This document shows, one piece after another, positions 9,461 through 21,309 of a stretch of DNA of 64,000 bases. The stretch is from NCBI GenBank assembly GCA_020137815.1, contig CM035350.1, forward strand, positions 1,488,001 through 1,552,000. The letters are read 5' to 3'. How positions within the stretch are numbered: position 1 is the stretch's first letter; each line of letters begins with the position of its first letter. Origin of the DNA: Hormiphora californensis. Its lineage: Eukaryota; Animalia; Ctenophora. The notes beneath the pieces were generated by a model. That model saw only the letters and a program-made list of their open reading frames with translations. It was not told the origin of the DNA and made no database searches. A program made the position numbers and the translations under genes.

Positions 9461-12414
9461 ATGGCTGCAAGGTTACCAAGCACCCTCGCAAGACTCACCC
9501 GATCAGTCGTCAGTGGAGCCAGGATGATGAGCTACGACTCAAACAGGTGGGTACTTGAGGAAAACAATAAAATTAATCAATGAACTATATTTCATACCCA
9601 CAATCAAATAAACCACCCCCACTCAGGGCTAACCTGATGATTGGTAAGGATACCAAGGTGATCTGCCAGGGTATGACAGGGAAACAGGGAACTCTACACA
9701 GTACACATGCTATTGAGTATGGAACTAACATGGTAGGAGGTATCAGCCCTGGAAAGGGAGGCCAGACCCATCTTGGAGTACCAGTCTTCAACTCTGTAGC
9801 CGATGTAAGATATATCAATCATTGTGTTTTGTTTTGTATGATATCTTCAACTCTAAATTAAACTCAAAATGCTCCTCCCTCACCCTCTTATTTTATGATT
9901 TTCCCTCCATCAGGCTAAAGAGGCAACTAACTGTGATGCCACTGTTATCTATGTGCCCCCTCCCTTTGCCGCAGCAGCTATAATGGAGGCTATTGATGCA
10001 GAGATTGGACTTGTCGTGTGCATCACCGAGGGTATTCCTCAACTGGTGGGTTAATTAGTTAATTATTAATTTAATTGGGGGGGGGGACATGTTAATTGTT
10101 AATAAATCACCTCTTTTTCCCGATTTTGTTAATTAACGTTAATTAACAAAATTAACAAAATTAACAAATGCTAAAATATTGATGTTTTCGGTTGATAATA
10201 CGACTTTAACTGGTTTAATTTTATAGTTTAATGACTTATCTAACGTTTGTATACCCATGCAAAGCCTCATCCGATAACCAAAGTCCGACATACAAGTTGT
10301 TTGGCTCCAAATTGATGAAAATTCAAAAAGTACGAATATTTCAATTTAGCGTGTAAAATGTCGGTTGAATGTAATTTTTTCATTGACAATCCATTCTTCA
10401 GACGAAAGAAAGTGATGTACAACGTTTCTGTTCGAAAAATAAGAAAAAAATCCCAAAATTGCTTTTTTTGGTCAAACATTGAAAATTTGCTTCGCTACAA
10501 ATCCTTGTGTTTTTTTTAGAAAAAATTATTTTTGGGATATTTTTCGATTGAAGGTAAATTCATGAGTCTTGTTAAGTTTTTAAGGTTGGAAAATGTGGAT
10601 TAGTGTCATTTGACCTCAATTGCGGTTCGGTTTGGCTAGTTTTTGTTAGAATTTGCAAAATGGAACAAATCTCTGTGGGAAGGCTGTAGTAGACGGCTTG
10701 GGGGCATGCAAATCATGCAGAAGGAACATCTTTGTTCGCAGAACAACATGCAGCAATTGTAATACCAAAAAACACGTGCTAAATGGACTTTAGATGGTAT
10801 AAATGTCATTTGTTAATGTTTGTTAACTTTTTGTTAATTTTGTTAATAAATCACCTGTTTTCTCGATGTTAATATTAACAAAGTTAACAAAATTAACATG
10901 TCCCCCCCCCATTTAATTGCTCAGTTATTTGTTAATTAATTATTGGGATAATTGAAATTTGTTATTTCCATGTATTATATGTTGATGCTGGTGTACCCTT
11001 AACTAGGCTGTTGATAGGTCCAGCAGTTATGCAGCTAAATATTATTCTGTATAATATGTGTTGGGTTTCTGTGTGTTACTGTAGTCTGCAGTACTCTGTA
11101 CTGGGGTTTAGTGGTTTAGTATTTAAAGAGGGGGGGGGGTAAAACCGCTCTTTCGTCTGCAACCACACACACACACACACCTGCTCTTTCAACTTTCGTT
11201 CACAATAGTTAGATCACCCTATCACACACTCCCCACATACCACATACTCTCTACACAGGATATGGTGAAGGTAAAGAAGAGGTTGTTGGGCCAGAACAAG
11301 ACGAGGCTGATTGGACCTAACTGCCCTGGTATTATTAAACCTGGAGAGTGCAAGATGGGAATTATGCCTGGACACATTCACCAGCCTGGTAGTATCGGTA
11401 TGTTTTTAGGGGGGGGGGGGGTATCGGTATGTTATGATTTAGTTCTTGATTTGAGTAGTTGTACAGTGTACACGTGCAACTAAAGTTGGTACACATGTAT
11501 TGAGAGCGCCAGTAGAACTTCCGTTCTCACAGCATGTACGTGTGTGTATGTTTTCTTTCCAACCACATCACGCCATACATTTCCAGGAATTGTCTCCCGT
11601 TCTGGAACCTTGACCTACGAGGCTGTGGACCAGACTACCCGGGCTGGATTAGGACAGACCCTGTGTGTGGGTAAGTACAACATTGACCTAACTATGCTAG
11701 AATCATGGAGAGGGGGATGTGCTGCAGACCGCGCCCTCCATACAGAGTCTACACTCCCGGCCTCGGATAATCCCGTGCGCGCAATGCAAAGTAGGAGTGG
11801 TCAGCAGTTGCAGATGAAACACATGAAGGTAGCGGTGGGTACCAGTGATGTTTCAGATTCCCCCTCCAACCCCCCCCCCCCCTCTCACAGGTATCGGTGG
11901 TGACCCCTTCAATGGTACCAACTTTATTGACTGTTTGGAGGTGTTCCTTAAAGATCCTGAAACTAAAGGTGAACATGATGTGATGTGTTTAGAATGAACG
12001 TGTCTACAAGTACATTCCACATCCGTCCCCCCATCTAATAACGCATGTATCCCCCAGGTATTGTTATGATTGGTGAAATCGGTGGAAGTGCAGAGGAATC
12101 AGCCGCTGAGTATCTAAAGGAACACAACAGTGGACCCAATGCCAAGCCTGTGGTTTCATTCATCGCTGGAGTCTCGGCCCCACCCGGCCGAAGGATGGGA
12201 CACGCTGGTGCTATCATTTCAGGGGGCAAGGGTGGTGCTGAGGAGAAGATTGCAGCCTTAGAGGATGCTGGAGTCTGCGTCACACGAAACCCTGCTATGA
12301 TTGGAACTTCTCTCGTGAAGGTAGGCCGCAATGAATATGATTAATATATTCATATCTTCCCGCCAATTCCAATCATTCCTTAAATTCCTTCTCCCCCCTC
12401 AGCTAATGATCTAA
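9461..12414 (+). CDS. SUCLG1: Succinate-CoA ligase alpha subunit, mitochondrial
   Basis: Arg/Ser-rich presequence in exon 1 (from 9461), then [56 protein letters not shown] and [14 protein letters not shown]. The last micro-exon is 12403-12414. Confidence 0.96.
10077..10910. mobile_element. Non-autonomous TIR DNA element with poly-G/poly-C termini and 8-bp TSD (MULE- or Merlin-like), in a SUCLG1 intron
   Basis: TIRs G10-acatgttaat / attaacatgt-C9 with many subterminal ttaacaa motifs. ATTTAATT is duplicated at 10069-10076 and 10911-10918. Confidence 0.8.
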
Positions 12415-13017
12415 ATTATTCAATGGGAGAGAGATGACGGGAATCCTTTGCAACTCCTTAAGCGATATCTAAGCGGTGGACATTTTTAAATGGAATTTGT
12501 ACAATATATATGAGAGTTGTTGATGAGTGATATGTGTTCGTCTATTTAAGTTATCTCCGGCCAGAATTGTGATTTAATTAATTGTCCCCTGAATAAAAGG
12601 TGCATTTGACAGTCAACCATCCGGCACAGCGGGTGAAGAACTGCTGCAGCTGCAGGAACGGCGGAGTCTTGTGGGATTGGGTTCGCGCGCGGTTGCGGCG
12701 CGGGTAGTGCTGAAGAGAGTGCACTTTTAAATGGTAGGATAGGCTGGTCAGAAGACTCCCCGCTGGGAGTTTGCCGAAAGTTCACACGGACCGCGTGTTC
12801 CCACTTTGACAGTCACCCTGCTGCATTTGCAGATCCTGCACCCTCCATGCACACGCAGTGAAATTGATTCAGAATAACACTCTAGTTAAAACGGGTGAAT
12901 AAATATACACAGTCTTAGATATAACAGTAAGTGTTCCCAAAAAAGGTAAAATTTCATTGCTTTGATAGGGTAGGGAGATAGAGATCTGTACGGGGTGTCA
13001 AAAAACAAAATAACGTC

Positions 13018-13977
13018 TCAGTAGGGCCGGTATGAGCCCCGTCCACCACCGCGTGCACCTCCTCTTGCCTTCATTGGGCCACCACCTGGGTGTCCGGCTG
13101 GGGCATACCCTGGGTACCCAGTAAATCCACCCATATGGGGTGCAGGTGCCCTCTCATACCCATACCCATATGGATCTCTGTAGGCGTAGGGAGGGTAGGA
13201 GTAGTGGTCGTGATATCCAGGGTAGGCAGCCCCGTACTCAGAACCCCCCTCATATGCTGCCTCCCCATAACTGTAGGGGTCGTGATGATGGTGTCCATGG
13301 TAGGAAGGTGGTGCAGTGGTAGAGGGGTGATAGGGTGGGGCAGCACCTGGGTAGGCAGGGGCAGGTGCAGAGGGAGGACCCCAACTCTCATGCTCTCTCT
13401 TCTTCTGATTCACAGCAGCCTTCACTTTCTTCTGGATCGGGTGGTTATCGTCAAACTTCTTCTTACATTCCACCCTGTATTTCCCAATGTGATGTATAAC
13501 TGAGCTGGGTGGTAGTTTACCCTCCACAATCCTGTCCACACTGGTTCCATCCTCAAATGTGATAAAACAGAAATGCTTCCTCATCTGGGTACCCTTGTCG
13601 AATATAAACTCGAACCCCTGGATCGTGCCATACTGTTCAAAGTAAGCCTGGAGATCCTCCTCTGCCAGAGCGTGTGGTAGGCCCCCACAGAACAGTTTAC
13701 AGGTGGTGTTACTGCCCCCGTCCATGGCCCTTTTCACCTGGACAGCCCGGCCATCTATCTCATGTTCAACTTTAAGTACCTCCTCGGCACTGGAGCTCTC
13801 GTTAAATGTCACAAAACAAAAACCCTTGGAGCGGCCCATCTCATTGAACTTCATAAATACTTCACGGATTGGGCCATATTGCGAAAAATACTGTTCAATT
13901 GTCGTCTGACTGGTGTGAAAATCTAGCTGCCTGACTATGATTTTGCGGTCATCTGCACCACGACCGTTCGATAGCAT
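13018..13977 (-). CDS. hnRNP D/AB (Squid/Musashi-superfamily)-like tandem-RRM protein, copy 1
   Basis: ATG at 13977, two nt after the acceptor ttttttctag. Two RRMs (RNP1 KGFCFVTF; KLFCGGL...RKHFCFITF), a Y/G/P/A-rich tail, RGG repeats and a terminal SYRPY (PY-NLS type). The ORF is intronless. Confidence 0.85.
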   Translation of the reverse strand: MLSNGRGADDRKIIVRQLDFHTSQTTIEQYFSQYGPIREVFMKFNEMGRSKGFCFVTFNESSSAEEVLKVEHEIDGRAVQVKRAMDGGSNTTCKLFCGGLPHALAEEDLQAYFEQYGTIQGFEFIFDKGTQMRKHFCFITFEDGTSVDRIVEGKLPPSSVIHHIGKYRVECKKKFDDNHPIQKKVKAAVNQKKREHESWGPPSAPAPAYPGAAPPYHPSTTAPPSYHGHHHHDPYSYGEAAYEGGSEYGAAYPGYHDHYSYPPYAYRDPYGYGYERAPAPHMGGFTGYPGYAPAGHPGGGPMKARGGARGGGRGSYRPY

Positions 13978-14082
13978 CCCTAGAAAAAATAGACGGCGTG
14001 TCAAAAAACTCTATAACATATTCTCTGAAAAAAGGTATCATTGGGTTAAAAAATGTACATTTTTGGGTTCAAAATGGATATT

Positions 14083-14350
14083 GGGTGGGTCAAAAACCAT
14101 CTCAAATATATCGGTAGGTCAAAAATCTGTCCAATTGATATATGGGCGGGTCAAAAATCTGTCCAATTGATATATGGGTGGGTCAAAAACCATCTCAAAT
14201 ATATCGGTAGGTCAAAAATCTGTCTCATTGATTGATATATCGTGGGTCAAAAACCATCTCAAATATATCGGTAGGTCAAAAATCTGTCTCATCGATATAT
14301 AGGCGGGTCAAAAATCTGTCAAATTGATATATTATGGGTGGGTCAAAAAG
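14083..14350. repeat. ~30-bp tandem repeat (ggtcaaaaa...atat) just upstream of RRM copy 1
   Basis: About 9 alternating units: gggtcaaaaaccatctcaaatatatcggta / ggtcaaaaatctgtccaattgatatat. Confidence 0.85.
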
Positions 14351-14617
14351 ATAGTCTGAGCTTAATTTGTGTATGCAAATATTGCACTGTTATGTGGACT
14401 ATGTGACTGAGTCTAATTGTAAACCTTTATATACCGATCATACACACGTCGGTATCCTTTCACACACGCTCTTTCTCTCTCTCTATCTTTCTCTCTCTGT
14501 TGTAACGGACACCATTCTCTCACTAGAACAGGTCTCCCCATCTTGTACTGCAGCAGCTGAGCAAGATGAGAAAAGGGGGAGAGGAGGTGTCATTGAGTCA
14601 AGGAAGCTAGAAATTAA

Positions 14618-14716
<99 letters not shown>

Positions 14717-14825
14717 ATGTGTACGCCACTTAATGTGTACTACTAGGCTCGAATATTCCTGTATAGTCCTCATTCCCTACCTAGGCTAACACATCAGAGA
14801 GCGGGTGTGACAAGGGACAGAAAGA

Positions 14826-14863
<38 letters not shown>

Positions 14864-15697
14864 GGAGCGGAAACTACCCCACAGACATGTTGGACCCTTG
14901 GTTCTCTCATTCTCCCCCTCTCCGTTACATCTCTCCACCCTCTCTATGTCACACCACAATAACACTCTTTGTCCGACACGGATATATCAGTAAGAATTAT
15001 TTCTCTCTCTTTCACCCCCCCCCCTCTCTATCTCTCTCTATCTCTCTCTCCCCCCCCCCCCCCCTCTCTCTCTCATATAATATTGCCCGATTATGAATGA
15101 CTACACACATATAATGCGACTAATATACCCATGCTATTTTCCCGCGTTATTTTCTTTGTCTATCACTCGATTAATAGATTGCCCATATATTGCCCTAGTA
15201 CACGATCTAGACCACTCATCCCCCCATAGCTTGGTAGTTATTCTTTGTTATGTACATCCTCTACCAGAGTTATAGGAGAATGCCCAACTCTAGCTCCTTC
15301 TTTCTAAATATAATACCCTCCTTTTATCTCCTATCTTTATTCGACCCCCTCACAGTTTCTAATAATACCACTGTTCTCGCAGAACGCATACGATTCTTTT
15401 TCGAGAGAGAGAAAGATATGATATGCTCCTCTAAAATGTGAAAACCTGTTAACATGTCTAAAATCCAATCGAGAGAGAATGAAGACGAGGTGAGAGGAAA
15501 AGAGAGGGGATGAGAGTATATTGAGAGAGAAAAAGAGAAGAATGAGAGTAGATTGAGAGAGAGAGAAAGAGAGGGGATGAGGGTAGAGTGAGAGAGCATG
15601 GAACCATCCGTGCTGGAGCAAGAATATTCGATTTCGAAATACTGCTGTGCGCTGTAAGAATGAGATAGTGAAAGAAATGAAGCGAGAATAGGCTATG

Positions 15698-15733
<36 letters not shown>

Positions 15734-15734
15734 A

Positions 15735-15804
<70 letters not shown>

Positions 15805-16228
15805 TGTGAATATATGCTGCATAATATTTGAATATTATGCGACGGATCTAAGTTCTGGCTAATCACCAAACTAGCCATGCAATCGAGGAGTCGCTCCTAC
15901 GCACGTATTGTCCGATTAATTCTCTCACCCTCTTCTCTCTTGTCAAGTCCACTAGTATCACCATATATAGATGGGCTGCAGAGTGCAGCAGATAGAGGGA
16001 ACGATGTAAAATTAACAATGAACCTCGCCATCCCGATCCACCAACTATTCAATCTTTATCCCGCATTTGTTTACCATTCCAGACTTGACTTTATAATTAC
16101 TTTTGACTTCAGGTCCCTCTAATGGCTTCCTTTCCATCTCGCCATCTCCCTCCCTCTCTCTAGATTTACTTCCCGGAATCCCCCCGTTACAGGTGCATTA
16201 ACACGTGAGAAAGAGATAAAGAGAGGGA

Positions 16229-16352
<124 letters not shown>

Positions 16353-16550
16353 GCTATTGTACACATCACCCACGCGTTTGCTCACACCTCTCTCTCTCTC
16401 TCTCCCTTGGACAGGTACACGACATACTAAAGTTGTTACAGAATGGTACAGCTTACTTTGTAACATGCTGGGCAACACGCAACAGAACTTTCACGATTTT
16501 CTGACACTTCCTTCAACCTTCTAGAAGTCGTGTAATTCTCACTGAGTGTG

Positions 16551-16608
<58 letters not shown>

Positions 16609-16845
16609 GGTGTTCGTGGAGTTGTATGAACATCAGAAGGTGTGTGGTGTGTCAGAGGGGAGGAAGCTGGGGGGACGATATTAAACTCGAGGGTTGAAAC
16701 TGGAAAAACAACATGATAAAAAGAGGTGTAACAAGAGTTAACATTGAACATATATATCGGCAAACTCATTACACACACAAATAAAGGGACATGCGCACAT
16801 CATGATATATTAAATTCAGCAACAGCACATGCTCTCAAATAATTA

Positions 16846-18348
16846 TCAGTACGGTTTAAAGTTGGCCGCACCATTTCGATTCTGTTTGATAGGTCCGTAA
16901 GCGCTGTGGTATGCCGCTGCTTGGGCGGGGTAAGCAGCAAAACTGGCGGCTGTAGGGAATGCAGCGTAACCATGGAAACCAGCAGGGTAACCAGGGTAAC
17001 TAGCGGGTGTGGGATAACCAGGGTAACCAGCTGCTGCTGCTGCATAGGCAGCCGCACCATAATACTGTTCATAACCCGCAGTAGGATAAGCAAAGTTAGC
17101 GGCAGCAGTGCCGGGGAATCCAGTATACGCGGCTGCAGCAGCTGCCTCAAAACCTGCAGTTGCAGTAAATGTCTTGGTGTTTGAGTTAGCTGTGTATGTC
17201 CGAGTGTTGCTATACAAGCTGGACCGGGCCTTTATCTTCTTTTGCACCGGGTGATCTTCCTCGAACTTCTTCTTGCAGTCGACAGTGTGCCCATCAATCG
17301 TGTGAACTACACTATTCGGTGGTATTTTACCCTCCGTTATCCTCTCAACTGCGTCCTCACTCTCAAAGATAATAAAACAGAACGCTTTCCTCGTGTTGGT
17401 AACCTTGTTCAGGATAAACTGGAAGTTTTGGATCTTCCCAAACGTCTCGAAGTAGGCTTTCAGTTGGTCCTCAGAGAGAGCGGAAGGAAGTCCACCGACA
17501 AACAATTTGTTAGTCCTCATCTTGTCGTAGGAAGGCATAGCTTTGCTCAACCTAACCTCTCCCCCATCTAGCTCTTGCACTGGTTTATCAAGGGCTTTAT
17601 CGATATTGGAAGTATCTTCAAACATAATGACACCAAAACCCTTTGACTTCCCATCAGCATCGCGCTTTATTTTCGCCACCCTGACTGTTCCATACTTCCC
17701 AAAGTGTTTCTTCAACGTTTCATCTTTTACTGTTTCCAATAAACCCCTGACAAGAACCTTTGCACAATCGATCTCATCAGGGAGATCTGAGTCGAGGTCA
17801 TTGATGCACGCCAGACCCTCCTCGTCTAGAGAGGGAGCTAGGTGGGGTGGCGTTCTGGCAGGAGGGGTGACAGTACTCGATCCAGAGGGGGAGATATCTC
17901 CTGCTGCTGATGTGGCTACCTCGCTAGGTACTAAAGGTGTCTCTGGAACAGCTAAAGGTGTCTCTGGGGCTGCTTCGATGACATCTGGAGTAGTTTCCTG
18001 GGTCGTTTCTAAAGATGTAACTAGAGGCACCGTATTGCTAGAGGGAGCACTGTCCGGTGATTGTAAAACTGATGGGAGAACCTCTGACATTTCAATACTA
18101 GACTGATGATCGGCTAATTGTTCTGATGAAGCGGGTACAATGGTCTCTGGCAAAGATGTACTGTTTGTTTGCTCGATATTAGAGTCTGGGGAGTTAATTT
18201 CTGAATTCTCAACGTGAGGAGATGAATAGGAGGAAGATAATTCTGATAACGCTGCTTCTTGTCGCTCCACTACCACCCCATCACCACTGCAGTCTACTGT
18301 CATGTCACCCTCTGCAGCAGTGGGTACCGTACCACCCTCCTCTGACAT
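16846..18348 (-). CDS. hnRNP D/AB-like tandem-RRM protein, copy 2, with a ~190-aa acidic S/T/P-rich N-terminal extension
   Basis: 500-aa ORF with two RRMs (KGFGVIMF; KLFVGGL...RKAFCFI) and an A/Y/G-rich tail ending NFKPY. An acceptor lies 3 nt before the ATG. Confidence 0.85.
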   Translation of the reverse strand: MSEEGGTVPTAAEGDMTVDCSGDGVVVERQEAALSELSSSYSSPHVENSEINSPDSNIEQTNSTSLPETIVPASSEQLADHQSSIEMSEVLPSVLQSPDSAPSSNTVPLVTSLETTQETTPDVIEAAPETPLAVPETPLVPSEVATSAAGDISPSGSSTVTPPARTPPHLAPSLDEEGLACINDLDSDLPDEIDCAKVLVRGLLETVKDETLKKHFGKYGTVRVAKIKRDADGKSKGFGVIMFEDTSNIDKALDKPVQELDGGEVRLSKAMPSYDKMRTNKLFVGGLPSALSEDQLKAYFETFGKIQNFQFILNKVTNTRKAFCFIIFESEDAVERITEGKIPPNSVVHTIDGHTVDCKKKFEEDHPVQKKIKARSSLYSNTRTYTANSNTKTFTATAGFEAAAAAAYTGFPGTAAANFAYPTAGYEQYYGAAAYAAAAAGYPGYPTPASYPGYPAGFHGYAAFPTAASFAAYPAQAAAYHSAYGPIKQNRNGAANFKPY

Positions 18349-19154
18349 ATCCTGATACAGGAGGGAGGGGAGAGGGTGTTAGTTGTGCTGTGGGGGGCAT
18401 TATATATCGCTCACATAATAATCAGTGGCACGGCGTGCTGGAGAACATTAAAATCAGGCATTGGATCAGAAAGGGGGATTATTAGCAACAAAAAGCACAA
18501 GGCAAGCTCACAGAAAAGTACCTATACACCGTGTGAGCTCTATCTCTCTCTCTGGTATTAGAGAGCTGAGCGTGCTCTCTCTTTTGTCTCTGGGGTGTCA
18601 TGGCGCCCGCCAATAGAATACACACCACGATCTGAGAGAGGAATTATGGAGAAGGAGTTGACTCTTCACTCTCTCTCTGATCTATCTCTCTGGTATGACT
18701 CACTCACAGCTGCTCTCACATCAATGGGCTCAAAGCACGTATAAAGTCCCGTATATATCAAAGAGGGGAACACATGAATAGCTGTGGCTGCTGTAATCTT
18801 TTTCTCTCCCGAAAAGTTCAGAAAAACACACACACGCTGAATTGATGACAGAGAGGGAAAGAGAGAGAGAGCGAAAACTAGCGAGAAAAACGGTGGGAAA
18901 AGTAAAGTGAGCTTCTTTTGAGAAACAAACAAAATGTTGGTCGCGACACTTACCCCCTCATCCCTCTCTCACGAGGCCTCACCGGCCTGTTTTTTCACAC
19001 TCACATGGCGGTTACTTGTCTCTTTTAGGTGGGAATATAGTTACGGGGGAGGGAAGCCACGGGGAGGTAATTAAGAAAGGAGGGGTAATTAGGAGAGGGA
19101 GGATTAGGACGGTAATTTAGGGTATTGAGGTGTGAAGGGGGGGTTCCAACCTAT

Positions 19155-19776
19155 TTTTTCCCTGCCCGGGTGATTGCCGAAGGCAATCACCCGGGATGAT
19201 CTTTTTAGCACGCACGTGCTAAAAAGATCATTCAGGGTTTAGAAATCAGCAGATTGTGTAGTTAACTAAAAGTGTCCGTCCGTCCGTCTGTCCACCGTTA
19301 CACATAGCAACAAAGTCTGCTCCTTCATAAATCTTTCAACTCACACTTTGTTGATGCAACAAAGGAAATGATTAACATACATTGTGGCGCACAATTACTC
19401 ACTCGTATCACTTCCTACTTTCACATGAAATCACTTTGGGTACCCTACAGCCGTACCATGACGTGGTAGCAAGTCTTCCAAGCATGAAACTACTATCACA
19501 CAATAATTGCAAATGACTGAGGCCTGAGGGTAAAGGTGAAGCGCTTGGTCACCAACTAGGGTCTCCTAAGCAACTGTCTTGGTTATCATAGCAACTGCCT
19601 TGGTTACCATAGCAACCACCCTGGTTACCATAGCAACTAACATCGTATCAGCCAAAAGTTGCTCTTAGAGTGCAAAATTCATCGGAAAATCTGAATTTGA
19701 AGCTTAGTCATCAATTTTACACCCATCTGGGGCAGGGAAACACCGCATTATGAATACATAATGCAATAATTCTTGT
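19155..19776 (+). mobile_element. Helentron-associated non-autonomous element (HINE/DINE-1-like) inserted in the left TIR of the 2.4-kb element
   Basis: Sub-terminal IR tttccctgccc / gggcagggaaa, a 5' hairpin cccgggtgattgcc-gaa-ggcaatcacccggg, a (GTCC/GTCT)n microsatellite at 19273-19293, a 3' stem-loop gcattatg-aata-cataatgc, and T-rich flanks. Confidence 0.7.
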
Positions 19777-20084
19777 TTTGTACGGTTTTGTACGGTTTTG
19801 TACGGACCATACATAAAAGTATCCGAAATTCCTGTTTTTTTCCATACAAACAATACAAAAAAATACAAAAAAATAATGAAGGATGTGGGTGCCTGATAAA
19901 AGTATAAATAATACATAGCTGGGTTCCGTTTATGTTCATGTACCATCTATCATATATATGAACGTTTTTAGTTCCATTGTCGTCCATTTTCCTGCTAAAA
20001 TTACATACTAAAAAAGTGTGTAAAAGTACACGTTTTTGAAATTCTAAAAAAACGAAATCATTGATTCAGATTACCGTTACGATT

Positions 20085-20945
20085 ACGAGAAAATTTTCTC
20101 AGTTGGAGATCACTTTCTCGGAACTAATTTCGATTCGGGATAATTTTCTCGGTAAAAATTGCGATTTGGGGAAATTTTTCGCTTAGAAAATACGATTCGA
20201 GAAATTTTTTCGGTAAGAAATTGGGATTCGGGGAAATATCTCGCTTAGAAAATACGATTCGAGAAAATTTTCTCGGTAAGAAATTGCGATGCTAGGAAAT
20301 TTCTCGCTTAGAAAATACGATTCGAGAAAATTTTCTCGGTAAGAAATTGCGATTCGGGGAAATTTCTCGCTTAGAAAATACGATTCAAGAAAATTTTCTC
20401 GGTAAGAAATTGCGATTCGGGGAAATTTCTCGCTTAGAAAATACGATTCGAGAAAAATTTTCTCGGTAAGAAATTGCGATTCGGGGAAATTTCTCGCTTA
20501 GAAAAAACGATTCGAGAAAAATTTTCTCGGTAAGAAATTGCGATGCGAGGAAATTTCTCGCTTAGAAAATACGATTCGAGAAAATTTTCTCGGTAAGAAA
20601 TTGCGATTCGGGGAAATTTCTCGCTTAGAAAATACGATTCAAGAAAATTTTCTCGGTAAGAAATTGCGATTGGGGGAAATTTCTCGCTTAGAAAATACGA
20701 TTCGAGAAAAATTTTCTCGGTAAGAAATTGCGATTCGGGGAAATTTCTCGCTTAGAAAATACGATTCAAGAAAATTTTCTCGTAAAGAAATTGCGATTTG
20801 GGGAAATTTCTCGCTTAGAAAATACGATTCGAAAAAATTTCTCGGTAAGAAATTGCGATTCGGGAAAATTTCTCTCGCTTAGAAATTGCGATTCGATAAT
20901 ACTTTCTTGGATAGAAAGTTCGATTTGGAAAGATTTTCTCTCTTA
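20085..20945. repeat. 63-bp tandem satellite (two ~31-bp subunits), about 12 copies
   Basis: Unit gaaattgcgattcggggaaatttctcgcttagaaaatacgattcgagaaaattttctcggtaa, with no spacers. Confidence 0.92.
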
Positions 20946-21209
20946 GAAATTCCAATTTTTCGTACAAACAGTACAAAAAAAGCACAACAAATTATGGAGG
21001 TGGGTGCCTAGTAAAAGTTCATGGACGGGTTCCTTTTGTCCTAATGTACCACCTAGGAACGTTTGTCGTGTAATTATTATCTTTCATTCGAAATTCGAAA
21101 AAGTAAACATCATTGATTCAGATTTCGAAAATTTTGAATAGAATATTTCCTTGTGTTTTGATAAAGAACAATTAAAACATGATTAAAACATGTTTTTATC
21201 TTCCAATTA

Positions 21210-21309
21210 CAGTCGGACCCCGATTTAACGGCCCCCGATTTAGCGGACACCCCGATTTAACGGACAAAACCCTTTCCCCCGAGGGTGCCGTTAAATCGGG
21301 GTCCGACTG
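21210..21309. mobile_element. 100-bp pogo/Tigger-type MITE
   Basis: TIR cagtcggaccccgatttaacgg / ccgttaaatcggggtccgactg with TA on both sides. A decayed relative lies at ~32799-32890. Confidence 0.85.

Noticed and set aside
20085-20945. Regular repeat array as a possible CRISPR, and ORFs 20538-20723 and 20728-20946
   Set aside because: The units are head-to-tail with no unique spacers, there are no cas genes and the context is eukaryotic. The ORFs are just translations of the 63-bp unit.
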